Assembly (NCBI GenBank): GCA_043228905.1
Contig: JBHGNT010000010.1
Span: forward strand, 10,912,001-10,976,000
Reading direction: 5' to 3'
From: Azolla caroliniana
Taxonomy: Eukaryota > Plantae > Polypodiophyta
Length of the DNA stretch: 64,000 bases
The notes under the pieces were generated by a model. The model had not been told where the DNA came from and did no database searches. It saw only the letters and a list, made by a program, of their open reading frames with translations. A program made the translations under genes and the position numbers. Below are positions 1 to 12,641 of this stretch, one piece after another (position 1 is the first letter of the stretch; each line of letters begins with the position of its first letter).

Positions 1-192
1 AAAAATTTATTTCCATTTATTATTTCACATAGGAAATCCATGTATTTTCTAGATTTCTCTCGAACATTCTAGAAATGTCAAAAGTATTCCTAAGCCACTA
101 TAAAAAGAGACACATGGCATTATTGAGAACCAAATCGGTTCAACGCCAATCTTAAGCCTCCTAGCTATTCCTATATATTCTCTTCATATAAT

Positions 193-3100
193 TGTTGGCA
201 TAAAAGGTCGACTCCTTCCAACTTGTATCCATCCGAGTGTGAACTCGTCCACATAGTTAGGACTTAGTATATAAGCAATAACCTAATGTTGTAAACAACA
301 ACGAACAAAAACACATTGTATCAAGTCTCTAAGTGAGAGAGAGAGAGAGAGAGAAAGAGAGAAAGAGAACGTAATAATGCTTTCCATTAAAGCTCGTTTC
401 TATCTAAGTCTCTGCCTTCCTCCCTTTTTGTGTTGTTTTCTGAGTCAATAAACAGGTTCTCATACGCTTCCGCATACACACACACCTACCAACTTTCCAC
501 AACTGGTATCAGAGTAACCTTGTTGTTTGGCGGCAACAAACAGAAGAAGCTCAAAAGAAAAAGACGAGGTCAGTAAAAATCTCACTTTTCATAGAAGAAT
601 ATGGCTTCAACATCCGGAACAGGAGTTGAAATCAGAAAGTTCGATGGCAAAAAATTTGCACTTTGGAAGGAGATTAATCGGCAGAAGCCCATCAATCGAT
701 CGAGTCGTTCGACCGACAGAGTCGTACGAGAGAACACACCGATAGAACCGGTCGGAATATCAACCGACCAAAAACGAGGGGAGACCGACAACGGTCGAAC
801 TCGAGAACAGGCCGATCAGGCAAATTCTACACACACTGCAGAAAACCTGGCCATAATGTTTCCAACTATTGTTCAATCAAGAGGAAAGAGAGTGCTCGGC
901 GATCCGAGCGGAATCGAGGAAGACCCGACTCGGACCACTCTCCAGTCGGCAACCAAATCAACGTTGTCGACTCCCGATCAGGAGAAGTTCTCTCCTTAGA
1001 GCATTCAGTGATCGAAGAAGTCCTCTACAATGCACAGGATGCACACACATGGCTACTGGATTTCGGTGCCACATTCCATGTGACCCCCAACATTGAATGG
1101 TTTTCGGACTATTTAGCCGATGCCAGTGGCACAGTCCGTATAGGCAATGGCAAGGAGTGCAGAATTGCAGGGACCAGAGAGGTTCCTATCCGATTACCAA
1201 ATGGCAACACAATAACCCTGCATCGAGTTTGGCATGTACCGGATCTGAAAAGGAGTCTGGTCTTCATCGGCATGCTAGTCGAAGACGGGTACAAAACGAC
1301 TCTAAGTGAGTCAGTATGGATGATCAGCCGAGGAAACTTGAAAATAGGAGGCGGGCACAAGTACAACAACCTGTACCCATCAATGGCGATAAATCCAGAA
1401 GGGGTCGTGAACTTAGCCGAAAAGACCGACCCAAACTTATGGCATGGCCGACTCGGTCACATGTCTCAAGCTGGACTTGATCGGTTGATGGCGGTAGGCT
1501 ACATCCCGAAACTCGAAGCAAAAACGGACTCCTGTGAGCATTGTGGATATGGGAAACAGACCCGTAGTCCGCACACTCTCGACTACGGGACGTTACGACA
1601 ACCCCTAGAGCTCATGCACACAGATATATGTGGGCCCATGCCAAAGCGATCATTAGGAGGCTCTCAGTACTTAATCACCTTTGCAAATGACTGTACACGG
1701 AAGGTCTGGGCCTACTCAACCAGGTCCAAAGACGAAGCACTCGAAGTCTTCACTTTGTGGATATCTGAAGTGGAGAACCGGTCGAGACACAGAGTGAAGG
1801 CACTCAGATCCGACAATGGAGGTGAGTACCCGTCCAGAGCCTTCAAATAGTACCTGTCCAACAAAGGGATCTGACATCAAAAGACCATTCCCTACACACC
1901 CATGCAAAATGGAGTGATAGAACGGATCAACAGAACGATCCAAGAGATGGTGATGGCAATGCTTCAACAAGTCGGACTCCAGCAGGAATTCTAGGTAGAA
2001 GCATTGGAGACGGCAGTATACCTGATAAATCTAGCATCATCAAGAGCAATTAGGCTCGAAGCGCCACAGGCACTATGGTTAGGCAAACAACCGACCTACG
2101 ATAAGTTCCGTATATTCGGATGTGAAGCCTACGAGTTCATCCCCAGGGATAAAAGGACAAATTTGGCACCCCATGCAATGAAATTCATATTTCTCGGTTA
2201 TGGAACCGATGGGACCCTAAGAACCGGAAACTGATCCGGAGCAATGACGTAGTCTTCAATGAAGACTCTATCTTCTCTTAGTGGAACCAATAGAAAACTA
2301 TTGGTAAAAAGGTATACTTCCAAGTCGACAAAGACGTCGTAGAAGGACTGACCCACCGGGCCAACTCAGAGATTCGACAAACATTCGAACTTGAACAAGC
2401 CGACAACATACTTTCCGACTCCGAATTGGTGGGAAGTCCATTAGTCGAACTCGAAGACAAATCCATCAACGACAGAGCCGATTCAACAAGAGTCGAAGTA
2501 GGCAAAGTCAACAAGATGCGAGTAGAAAACAGAACCGAGTAGACAAAGTCCCTAGGGGAGGACAACGTGACACCACTGAAATACCGACTTGGGGGCGGGT
2601 CACCTAACAAGACTCTTGACACAAATGGTTCAACAAATACCAATCGCCCAACCAAGTCGATCGAAGATCCGAACCACTTATCTCGGCACCCAGGAGATAT
2701 GGATGAGCTCGAAGGCCAACAGAGTTTTTTCTCCGGGCCTCGACTATGTCAACCACACCGATGCAAACGAATCAAGCACTTATGAAGAAGCTATGGCCGC
2801 AACGGACGCCGACACATGGCTACAAGCCATGAAATCGGAAATGGATTCGATTCACAAGAATCAGACATGGAAGTTGGTTGAACTACCAATTGGAAGGAAG
2901 CCGCTACCCTACAAATGGGTTTTCCGATACAAATATGTATCCGACTCCGAAAAACCCAAGTACAAAGCTCGGCTAGTCGCGAAGGGATTCAAACAAGAAT
3001 ACGGGGTCGACTACGACGAGATATTCTCACCAGTAGTCAAGATGACCACCCTCCGACTCTTACTAGGCGTTGTGGCGATAGAAGAGCTAGAGCTAGAGCA

Positions 3101-5272
3101 GCTGGATGTAAAGACAGCATTTCTACATGGAGATCTAGAAGAAGACATATATGTGTCTCAACCGACTGGCTTCTCAACGACAAGGGATGACATTCACCTC
3201 ATATGTCGACTAAAGAAAAGCCATATGGCTTGAAACAAGCGTCGAGGATATGGTACCAGAAGTTTGATTCCTACATTAGGCAACATGGATACTACAGAAC
3301 TAACTCTGACCCATGTATGTATGTTCGGCAACTGGCCAACGAGTCCAGGATCTATCTAATCCTATAAGTCAATGACATGCTGATTACAAGAAGCAACCAA
3401 GTAGAGATTGGAAAACTGAAGCGGAGCCTTCACGACAAGTTCGCGATGAAGGAACTCGGACAAGCCCGACACATACTGGGCATGAGGATCGAGCAAAATG
3501 GGACGACCAAGACTCTCCGACTCTCCCAGTTCGACTATATCCGGAAGGTGCTAAAGCGCTCAATATGGAGAATGCAAAGCCAACACCAACACCGCTTCCA
3601 ATGTTGATCTGACTATCAAACAAAGACTCTCCTTCAACGGACAAGGAGAGAGAGCTCAATGGAAAGATGCCCTATGCATCGGCCGTAGGAAGTATCATGT
3701 ATGCAATGGTGGCGACCCAACCCGACCTAGCCTATGTCGTAGGGGTGGCCAGCCAGTACATGTCAAACCCAGGACAGAAGCATTGCGAGGTCGTCAAGCA
3801 TATATTCATGTACCTGAGAGGGACCGAAGAAACACAACTTACTTTCATTTTGAAAACCTCAACCGAAGTTGAAGGCTACACCAATTCCGACTATGCTAGA
3901 AAAACAAATACTCAGAAATCGACAACAAGCTACATCTTCACCTATCGAGGTCGAAACTTCAAGAGTGCATGGCTCTGTCTACCACATAAGCCGAGTACAT
4001 AGCGGCATCGGAAGCAGCAAAGGAAGCGATCTGGTTGCACCGACTGTCTGTTGACTTCTCGGATACAAACAGAAATGACCGGCTATCGCCAACCATCCAT
4101 TGCGACTCATAGAGCGTAATACACCTCATCAACAATCCCGTATACCACACAAAGACGAAGCACATTGAGGTGCAGTATCATCACATCTGGGAGCTCGTAA
4201 CCGAGAAGAAGCTTGTGTTGTCCATGGGACAAAAAGATAAATTAGTTAAATGTAATACGTCAGTAGGTAAGGCTAGTAGGTGAGGAAGGTAGAGTTAGGA
4301 AAACGTCGAGTTTCGATCCTCACAGACAGCCGACGGCTCGGCTTTGTATGAAGAAAAAGTATATAAACCGAGGTCTGCGTACCTCGGCAGGGAGAGATAT
4401 CTAGAGTATAGGCGAGGTCATTTTCATAATTACAAGAGCTCTGTAAGGTCACCGGCTGTGAGCCGTGTTTTTGTAATCATCGATAACTGTTTGCAGTAAT
4501 ACATATCTATTAGCTCTTATTGTTTTCATTTATGTTCCATCGTTCCTACGATCTCAACTACGTATACGCCCCGGGTTATATTCCGGGTATGCTCTCCATT
4601 CTCTTCCCCTAACAACACCTCCGTGTACAAGTCTTCACGTTACACTTCCCTTGATACCGATAGCCTGTAGGCATACCGAAGTCCGGAAAATCGACACCGA
4701 GGTGAACATCACCGATTGCCTGACAAAGCCACTCCCAGATCTACGCTTCGGAGCACTAAGGACAAAGATGGGACTACGACAAGCGACAGAGCAGAAGAAA
4801 GGCGAACGAGGGACAATAGGTAAGACCTAATCAAAACAACTATATCTACACTTACTATACCTATGCCGACTCGGTTGCATGCCGACTGACTTGTAATGTA
4901 AATTTAGGATAATCTTGTAATCTAGATTTACGGGGGAGATAACCCCAAACATTTGTATTACGCAAGAAAGAGTAGTCCTTTTACCGAGGATTTAGTTGCC
5001 ATAAAAGGCCGACTCCTTCCAACTTGTATCCGTCCGAGTGTGAACTCGTCCACATTGTTAGGGCTTAGTATATAAGCAATAATCTAACGTTGTAAAGAAC
5101 AACGAGCAAAAACACATTGTATCAAGTCTCTGAGTGTGAGAGAGAGAGAGAACGTAATAAAGCTTTCCATTAAAGCTCGTTTCTGTGTAAGTCTCTGCCT
5201 TCCTCCCGTCATGTGTTGTTTTTCGAGTCATCAAACAGGTTCTCATACGCACACACCTACCAACTTTCCACA
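193..5272 (+). mobile_element. Full-length degenerate Ty1/Copia LTR retrotransposon
   Basis: 5' LTR 193-501 and 3' LTR 4994-5272 match closely. TSD ATAAT at 188-192 and 5273-5277. PBS TGGTATCAGAG at 504. Fragmented gag/protease (WLLDFGATFH), integrase ([15 protein letters not shown]), RT ([20 protein letters not shown]) and RNase H with stops and frameshifts. Confidence 0.95.
4214..4676. mobile_element. ~460 bp insertion (solo-LTR-like, family unknown) splitting the Copia RNase H
   Basis: RNase H reads ...ELVTEKKL | EVRKIDTEVNITDCLTKPLP once the segment is removed. The insert starts TGTGTTG and contains a TATA-like TATATAAA; no TSD found. Confidence 0.65.
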
Positions 5273-5298
5273 ATAATATATATCTTTTTTCTCATCGT

Positions 5299-5318
<20 letters not shown>

Positions 5319-5329
<11 letters not shown>

Positions 5330-6150
5330 GATCATATTTGACCATGCTTTGCACATCTCTTCGACCGCGCCCAATCCTTGCATGAATTCCTCTCATTCCT
5401 CTCACAACCACAATGTGCACTCTCGATTGCAAAATTCATTGGTAAAGTTCTTGAACATCGAGAGTCACTACTCACTTTCACACGTATCACGTGAAATGTA
5501 ATATTTTTGGTCTCATAGGTCATATTTGACCTCCGAAGATGATAATATAATCTATCTATCTATTTGCGGAACAAGGAAATCGTACACATCGATACATGTT
5601 AGAGCCCATACTGTTATCTACCATTCGAACCATTGCTTCCATGCGACTTAGCTCACATGCATTGCGATGTGAGATAGGGTGTCGGGGCACAAGTGACGAG
5701 ATTGGTCGGCTATGCACACTTTTCCCTAAACAAGTTCGCGAATCTGAGAATCACACTTTGATACAATGCTCTGCCTTTGATCATATTCGACCATGCTTTC
5801 CACATCTCTTCGACCGAGCCCAATCCTTGAACACTCTCACAACCACAATCTGCACTCTCAATTGCAACATTCATTGGTAAAGTTCTTGAACATCGAGAGT
5901 CTGAGTATCACACTTTGATACAATGCTCTGCCTTTGATCATATTCAACCATCCTTTCCACATCTCTTTGACTGAGCCCAATCCTTGAACACTCTCACAAC
6001 CACAATGTGCACTCTCGAATGCAACATTCATTGGTAAAGTTCTTGAACATCGAGAGTCACTACTCACTTTCACACGTATAACGTGAAATATAATATTTTT
6101 GGTCTCATAGGTCATATTTGACCTCCAAAGACGATAATATAATCTCTCTC

Positions 6151-6192
<42 letters not shown>
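5319..6192 (+). mobile_element. Tandem 5'-truncated LINE 3' ends (RTEX/L2-like ORF2 C-terminus) with (CTAT)n/(CT)n tails
   Basis: ORF 5596-5880 has RLSSHALRCEIG...RLCTL...ESENHTLIQCSAF, the C-terminal Cys/His region of non-LTR ORF2. The same 3' segment recurs at ~5320-5562, ~5740-5900 and ~5900-6190, and the first and last copies end in microsatellite tails. Confidence 0.75.
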
Positions 6193-6194
<2 letters not shown>

Positions 6195-6279
6195 CCCCCC
6201 AAGAGTTCTACACCCCTCTTAGTACTAATTCTCATCATATAGTACTAATTCCCTCTCTATCTTAGTATTATTCCTGACA

Positions 6280-7901
6280 AGTATAAGAAGTTCAATGATT
6301 TTATCGAGTCGGTCTGCTTCTCAAAGAGTGATGAGAACCACTGCCTCTTCACGAAAACTGCTCAAGATGGGTCTCCCATCTTCCTCATCTTATACGTGGA
6401 TGACATGCTACTCTCTTGCCGGCATGTCGGAGAGCTTGCCAATCTTCTTCGGCAACTACAGTTGAAGTTCGCAATGAAAGACCTAGATCCTACTCGACAC
6501 ATTCTCAAAATGAAGATTAGTCGGCTTCGGAATCAGTGACAATTGTTTTTGTCTCAAGTCGACTACATCAAAGATGTCTTGGAGCGCTTCAACATGCACT
6601 CAGCAAAATCTACTTCAACCCCACTCCCCATTAATCTTTGGCTTTCTCAACGAGATTGCCCTACATCTGGTTTGTAAGGGGAAGATATGAAGTCGATACC
6701 ATATGCACCGGTGTCGTGGAAATCCATCACTATGTGCGGATCATGAGGCGGAACCGTCGGGGTCCTTGACTTTAGATTTGAGGGAGAAGATACATCATCA
6801 ATAGGATAACAAGTTTTCTTATTTTTCTCTATTTCTTCATTAGTCCCTACTTGCTTGATTCCTCCACTCTTTTATAGATGCCCCCATGCATATGATGCAT
6901 GTGAAGGTACAAGACATGCATACAACGCATGGAATGCATGCGATGCATGTTTGCTATTTGGCATTCATGCATCACATGTGATACATGATGACCATGTCAC
7001 TCATCCAAACCCTCATGTATGAGATTTTACATATGAAAAGTACAAAGATAAAAGTATATCTCTAAAGTCGGGACTTGGCTCTATGGCTCGGTCGGCTGGC
7101 GTGTATATTTCGACAAGCCAACCCCAATTAGGCTCCAATTGTCTACAACGACAACCAGGGTGTTGTTGCTCTATCGAAGAATCCAATTCATCACAACGCC
7201 TCCAAGAATATCGGCATTCGGTATCACTTTGTTCGGGACTGTGTAACTTTAGGGAAGCTCAACCTTGAGAAAATCTCCACGGCTGACAACATATCAGACG
7301 GAATGACCAAGTGTCTCGCAACTGACCGATTTCAGTCACTTCGGCACCATATGGGTTTAAGGAGTATTTAGTCTAATCGAGTCGGAAAACAGAGATAGCT
7401 TTGAGCACTCGGCCCTAACAACCGAACCATCTTTTGCACTCGAACTAGCCAATTCGGCCTTTGTCCCTCTCAACCATCATCGATTTGGCTACAAGACGAT
7501 CTATCATAACATCTCTTTGTATAACCTGCATCTTCTATTTTATATTACAGGTCTCTCCTTAGTGTATACGCCCATTATGGGGGAGTTTCAAATAGGGGTG
7601 TATAATGGCCATATTCACATTGTCCCATTGGACACACTAGATTTAGGCTATTTCTGTAAATAGTGGAAAGGACAGTTGTCCTAAGCCAGTTAGTAATTAA
7701 ACTGACTCTTGTAACCTAGTGTTAACTTAGTTGTTGCCTCCATTTTTGTTATAACTTTGAGTTCGAATAATATAGTTACATATTGTGTGCCTCTCTATCT
7801 TTCATTCTGTCTTCTTGATCTTGCTATACTATGTTAACTTGGTCATCTTCTTACCAAAGGTGTTGTTCTTATTTCCGCACTAACTATCTTAGATTCCAAC
7901 A
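6280..7901 (+). mobile_element. Truncated degenerate Copia remnant (RT-RNase H, PPT, probable 3' LTR)
   Basis: LYVDDMLL-type motif near 6390, RNase H end near 7200-7370, PPT GGGGGAG near 7580. Homologous to 10129-12641. LTR boundaries are approximate. Confidence 0.8.
6712..7067 (-). mobile_element. Truncated copy of the 13814-14934 element, inverted, inserted after CCGG
   Basis: Starts TGTCGTG after ACCGG. Its ATGCAT-rich core (6860-6925) is the reverse complement of ~14360-14420. It interrupts the Copia RT at PYAP. Confidence 0.65.
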
Positions 7902-7939
7902 TAAGTGCCGTTAGGACAGCACCAACCTACGTTTTCTCA

Positions 7940-8390
7940 ACTACATCATCTATGGCGAAGGAATCTGTATGGACCCTACTAAGGTAGCTGCCATCATCGA
8001 TTACCCCTGCCCACCTCGATAAAAGCATTCCAACATTTTCTGGGCATGATCACCTCGCTCATCCCAAACCTTGCCTCTATCACTTTCTTCCTCTGAGAGC
8101 TATTGAAGACAGATGTGATGTTCATTAAATGGGATCCCGCTTGTGAAGACAACTTTCCTCACCTCAAAACACTAGTTAAGGAATCAAGTTTGCTCACCCA
8201 TCCTCACTTTGACCAGCCGTTCAAGTTGTTGACGGATGCCTCAAAGCAAGGGTTAGGAGCCATCCTTTTGCAAGTCGATTACCACGCAGAAAAAAAGGCG
8301 GTCGCCTTCATTAGCAAAGCTCTCATCCCAACTGAACGTAACTACTCAACCACTGAGAAGGAACTACTTGTGATCGTCTAGTCCTTCCAC
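7940..8390 (+). pseudogene. Ty3/Gypsy RT-RNase H fragment
   Basis: ORF 8103-8381: LTDASKQGLGAILLQ...AFISKAL...ERNYSTTEKELL, Ty3-type RNase H motifs. Confidence 0.85.
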
Positions 8391-10128
8391 TGACATTATT
8401 GAAAAGAATAGTGTGCGGAAACTTGTAGACACAACCAGTTCTATCGGATATCAACAAAAAACAAAATGAAGGTTTAATGGAAAGCTTCAAAATACACAGA
8501 GAATACATGGGAGAGACAGAGAGAGCAAAAGACAAAAAAAAGTCTATTTCAAAATGATACTCAACACTTTATACATGCAAATGTGCTTTAGAGAACTTTT
8601 TATACAAGTACTTCAATGCTTGTACTGAGCTACTAACACTAACTCCTAGAACCATAACTACCTAATATACTAGGAGTGTAAGAGAGTAGGAGTGTAGGCC
8701 TCCAACGGCCTACCAGTTCGCACATGGTTTCGGCTCCCCGATCCGGATACCTGGATCATGCTCACTAATCCGACTCACCTTGCCAAAGACCGATCTGGCT
8801 CTTGGCTTATTCAGCTGATCCGGATCATGTTGAGCTTGTCCGCTCAACAATTATCCTCCCCTTAAGCTCCGACTTCGAGAAGGTGCGGGTTTGTGAGGAT
8901 ATCGGAGATGAAAATCATGTTACCAATTCTTGGGCATTGAGTAAGTTTTTAGCGGCTCCCTTGTGGCCTCAGAGACGGGATGTCCTTTCCACAAGACCAG
9001 GTACTAGAGTTTCCTTCGGCACTTGCGTGAGTCTAGAATGGTCTCGACTTCATACTCATCCCCGGTCACCAAGGTCACATGGGGGGAGGGGGTGGCTCGA
9101 TGCTCCTTCCTAAAATTGAGGATGGATGGTAGAGTTCAAGAAGTGATGCATGGAATACATTATGTATTCGGTAGTGTGATGGAAGTGTAAGACAAAAAGC
9201 TACGAGGTTGACTTTGTCAATGATGCAGAATAGACCCAATTTTTTGTAATCAAGTTTGTTGCATGGGTGAATTGTCGCAATATGCCGACATAATAGCTAG
9301 ACCATGTCACCGATTTTAAAACCAGGTGTGGCCCGCCAATGTTGATCAACCTTCTCTTTGTGTCGTTTCTGAGAAATGGAGAGTTCGCGGGATAGGTCAT
9401 GGTGCACTTCTTTCATCGGACAAGCTTGTTCTTCAGCAAATGGATTCACAATACTAGCAGGGATAGCTATGCTAAAGCATGGGTGGAACCCATAGTTTGC
9501 AAAGAAGGGTGTTACACTAATTGATCTGTGGAGAGTATTGTGGTAGGAAAACTCGGCCATTGGGAGAAATTTGATCCAATCATCATGTTGATAGCTTATC
9601 ATACATCAGAGATATTGCCCTAGGATCTGATTTTCTCATTCTGTCTACTTGTTTGTCTCATGATGGAAGGCTATCGAAAACTTTGTAGAAGTTCCAAGAG
9701 TCTGGAAGAGGCATTTCCAAAAATGAGACATAAATTGGGGACCGTGATAAGAGATAATTTCATTATGTAAACCATGAAACCACACAATATTCGTTAACAA
9801 TAGCTCAGTTGTTTCCATCCCTGAAATTGCTTTAGAACATGGAATAAAATGCTCCATCTTTATGAATCTATCAACCACCACCAATACTGAATTGAATCCA
9901 TCAATGTCTGGAAGGTCAATGATAAAGTCCATTGAGATGGAGGCCCATGGCCTAATTGGATTTGGCAGAGGTTGAAGTAGCCCATAGGGATGATGATGTA
10001 CTGTTATAGCACAGGCACATGTATCACATATTATCACGAATTCTTTAACAAGTTTCCAAGGTTGTAGCCACCAATAACTTCTGAATATTAACTCCAAAGT
10101 TTTTGCAACGCCAAAATGTAAAAACAAC
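8391..10128 (-). mobile_element. Chromovirus (Ty3/Gypsy, Tcn1/Tf-like) 3' remnant: integrase, chromodomain, PPT, 3' LTR
   Basis: Minus ORFs PWASISMDFIIDLP...VVVDRF...HGPQFMSHFW and LPMAEFSYHN. Chromodomain-like text (KGHP..EA..EPLKNLLNAQELV..FHLRYPHKP) near 8880-9010. PPT AGGGGAGGATAA, then LTR TGTTGAG...GTCA (8849 to 8391). Confidence 0.85.
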
Positions 10129-10597
10129 ATTCCTCCATGGTGACCTAGAGGAAATCTACATGGAACAACCAAAAGGCTTTGTTGTAGCCGACAAAGAACA
10201 TCTGGTCTGCCGACTCTAGAAGAGTTTATACGGCTTGAAAAGAGCCCCAAGGCAATGGTACAAGAAGTTTGATGGCTTCATCCAATCAGTCGGGTTCTTC
10301 AAGGGTGATGACCACCACTACCTTTTCTCCAAAACACCTCAAGTCGGGTCTCCCATCTTTCTCATCATCTACATGGACGACATGCTACTCTCCAGTTGGC
10401 ATGCCAGAGAGCTGGCCAATCTCATTCAGCTGTTATGGTTGAAGTTTGCCATGAAGGACCTCGGTTCGGCAAGACACATTTTGGGTATGAAGATCAGTCG
10501 ACTTCGGGATCGACGAAAACTATTTTTGTCTCAAGCCGACTACATTGAACGTGTCTTAAGAAAATTCAACATGCAACAAAATCTACTTTGACCCTGC

Positions 10598-10960
10598 CAT
10601 TGTTGTAAAATACTTAGCATAAAATACATGTAGAATACATATTCTAAGTATTCTACAAGTATACTAACTTTTTTTAAACGATACTTAGAATACGTATTTT
10701 ATAGAAAAAATATGTTAAATACGTTAAATACTTAGAATACGTGTAGAATACTTAGAATGTGTGTAGAATATTTGTAAAATGCATTAAATACTTCTTAAAA
10801 TCTAAAGTTTTTTTCAAAAAAAAATCTTGATTTTTTTTTGAAATGATAAATACTTGTTTATTACGTAGTATTTTAAAAAATGGCAGTTCTAAAACGTAGA
10901 ATACTTTAGATTATTCTAAAAATACTCTAAACACAAAATACGCATTTTTTAACAATGATG
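10598..10960. mobile_element. hAT-type MITE
   Basis: Degenerate TIRs CATTGTTGTAAAA / TTTTAACAATGATG. 8-bp TSD GACCCTGC / GACCCCGC. AT-rich with TAGAATAC subrepeats. Absent from the sister Copia copy near 6620. Confidence 0.75.
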
Positions 10961-11343
10961 GACCCCGCTCCAAATTAGTCTTCGGCGGTCTTGCGAGACT
11001 GTCAAACATTCCGTCCAGAGGGGAAATTTATGAAGTCAGTATCGTATGCGCCAACAGTTGGCTCCTTAATGTATGTGATGGTCGCGACACGGCCAGACGT
11101 AGCTCACACTATACGAGTCATCAACATCTTTATGCACAACCCCAGTCGATCGCATTGGAGCACAGTTAAGCATGTGTTCAGATATCTGGTGGGTACAAAA
11201 GACAATGGCATCCTCTTTGGCCCAAATGAAACTTTACGATAGTTGGTTACACTAACTTAGACTTTGCTGATTACCTAGACAACTGAAAGCAACTGGATAC
11301 TGCTTCAAATTCGGTAATGGAACAATTTCATGGAAGTCGAAAC

Positions 11344-11858
11344 TAGCAATGGGCCTGGTTTCGGCTCAACCTGAACCGAACCGTTACGCCATGGTTTAAC
11401 GGTTTATTGGTTCCAACAAATTTGAATGGTTTGGATTTTCGATAAACAATTCGGTTTCAGTTCGGTTCAATTCTAAAACTCGGGTTTATAGGTTTTTGGT
11501 TAACTTTTTTCTAACCTTAATAGTTTATTGATTTAATGGTTTAATTAATGGTTTTTTATTGATTTAATTAATTTAACTTAAATATTGATTTAATTCAATG
11601 TATTTTTGTTTATTTTTATTTAAGTGGTTATGTTTAAATTTTTTATTAAATGGTTCGATTTGGTTTCAACTTTTCCCTAAACGGTTTGGTTTTAAATGGG
11701 TTGGTTTCAACTATTTCTTAAATGGTTTGGTTTAAATACTGAGAGTTCATAAATGGTTTGGTTTGGTTTTTGTTTTAAAAAATTGTCCGGTTTCGGTTCT
11801 ATTCGGTTTCTTTGCCTTGAAACTGAACCGAACCGAAACCGAACTATGCCCATTGCTA
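11344..11858. mobile_element. hAT-type MITE
   Basis: Perfect 11-bp TIR TAGCAATGGGC / GCCCATTGCTA, perfect 8-bp TSD GTCGAAAC, and subterminal AACCG/CGGTT repeats. Confidence 0.92.
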
Positions 11859-12641
11859 GTCGAAACTTCTGGAGTGCACAACCACCTCAACCACTAAAGC
11901 CGAATACGTAGTCGCGTTCGACGCGACGGAAGAGGCTCTATGGCTCGGTCAACTGGTGTGTACGTTTCGACAAGCAGACTCCAAATCGGCTCCAATTGTC
12001 TATAGCTACAATTAGGGTGTTGTCACTTTGTCAAAAAATCAAGTTCAGCACAACGCCTCGAAGAATATTGACATTCGATATCACTTCGTTTGGGATTACA
12101 TCAGTTTAGGAAAGCTTGGTCTTGGGAAAATTCCTACGATCGACAATGTAACATATGGGATGACCAAATGTCTTCCGACTAACCAATTCTGGTCACTTCG
12201 GCACAAGATGGATGTAAGAAGATACCAATCTGATTGAGTCGGACATGATGACGGTTTCAAACAATTGGCTCCAAAACTCTCAAAATTCAAACTTTGACAA
12301 TCGGAACAGCCGATCCGGCTTCTACTTTCGACCATTGCCGATTCGGCTACAAGCCGATTTGTCCAACATCCTTTTGTAAATTATCTTTTGTCCATTCTTT
12401 TATTTACAGATTTTTCTTGTATACTCCCATTGCGGGGGAGTTTCAAATACGGGTGTATAATGGACTTATTCATACTGTCCCATTGGACAAACTAGGTTTA
12501 GGCCAATTGTGTAGATATAGTAAAGGGTATCTACCGTAGTTCAGTTCATATAAAAACTAAACTTGTAACCTAGTTCATTAGGTTGTGTTTGTTGTTGTGC
12601 CATTCTTGTATTGTACCATTTTGAATAATATAGTTACATCT

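Larger units (their letters stand above)
10129..12641 (+). mobile_element. Truncated Copia remnant (RT-RNase H-LTR) carrying two MITEs
   Basis: ORFs with [35 protein letters not shown]; PPT near 12435. Same family as 6280-7901. Confidence 0.85.

Noticed and set aside
9645-10250. Single 201-aa protein
   Set aside because: Chimeric ORF crossing the junction between antisense Copia RT and the chromovirus integrase near 10128.
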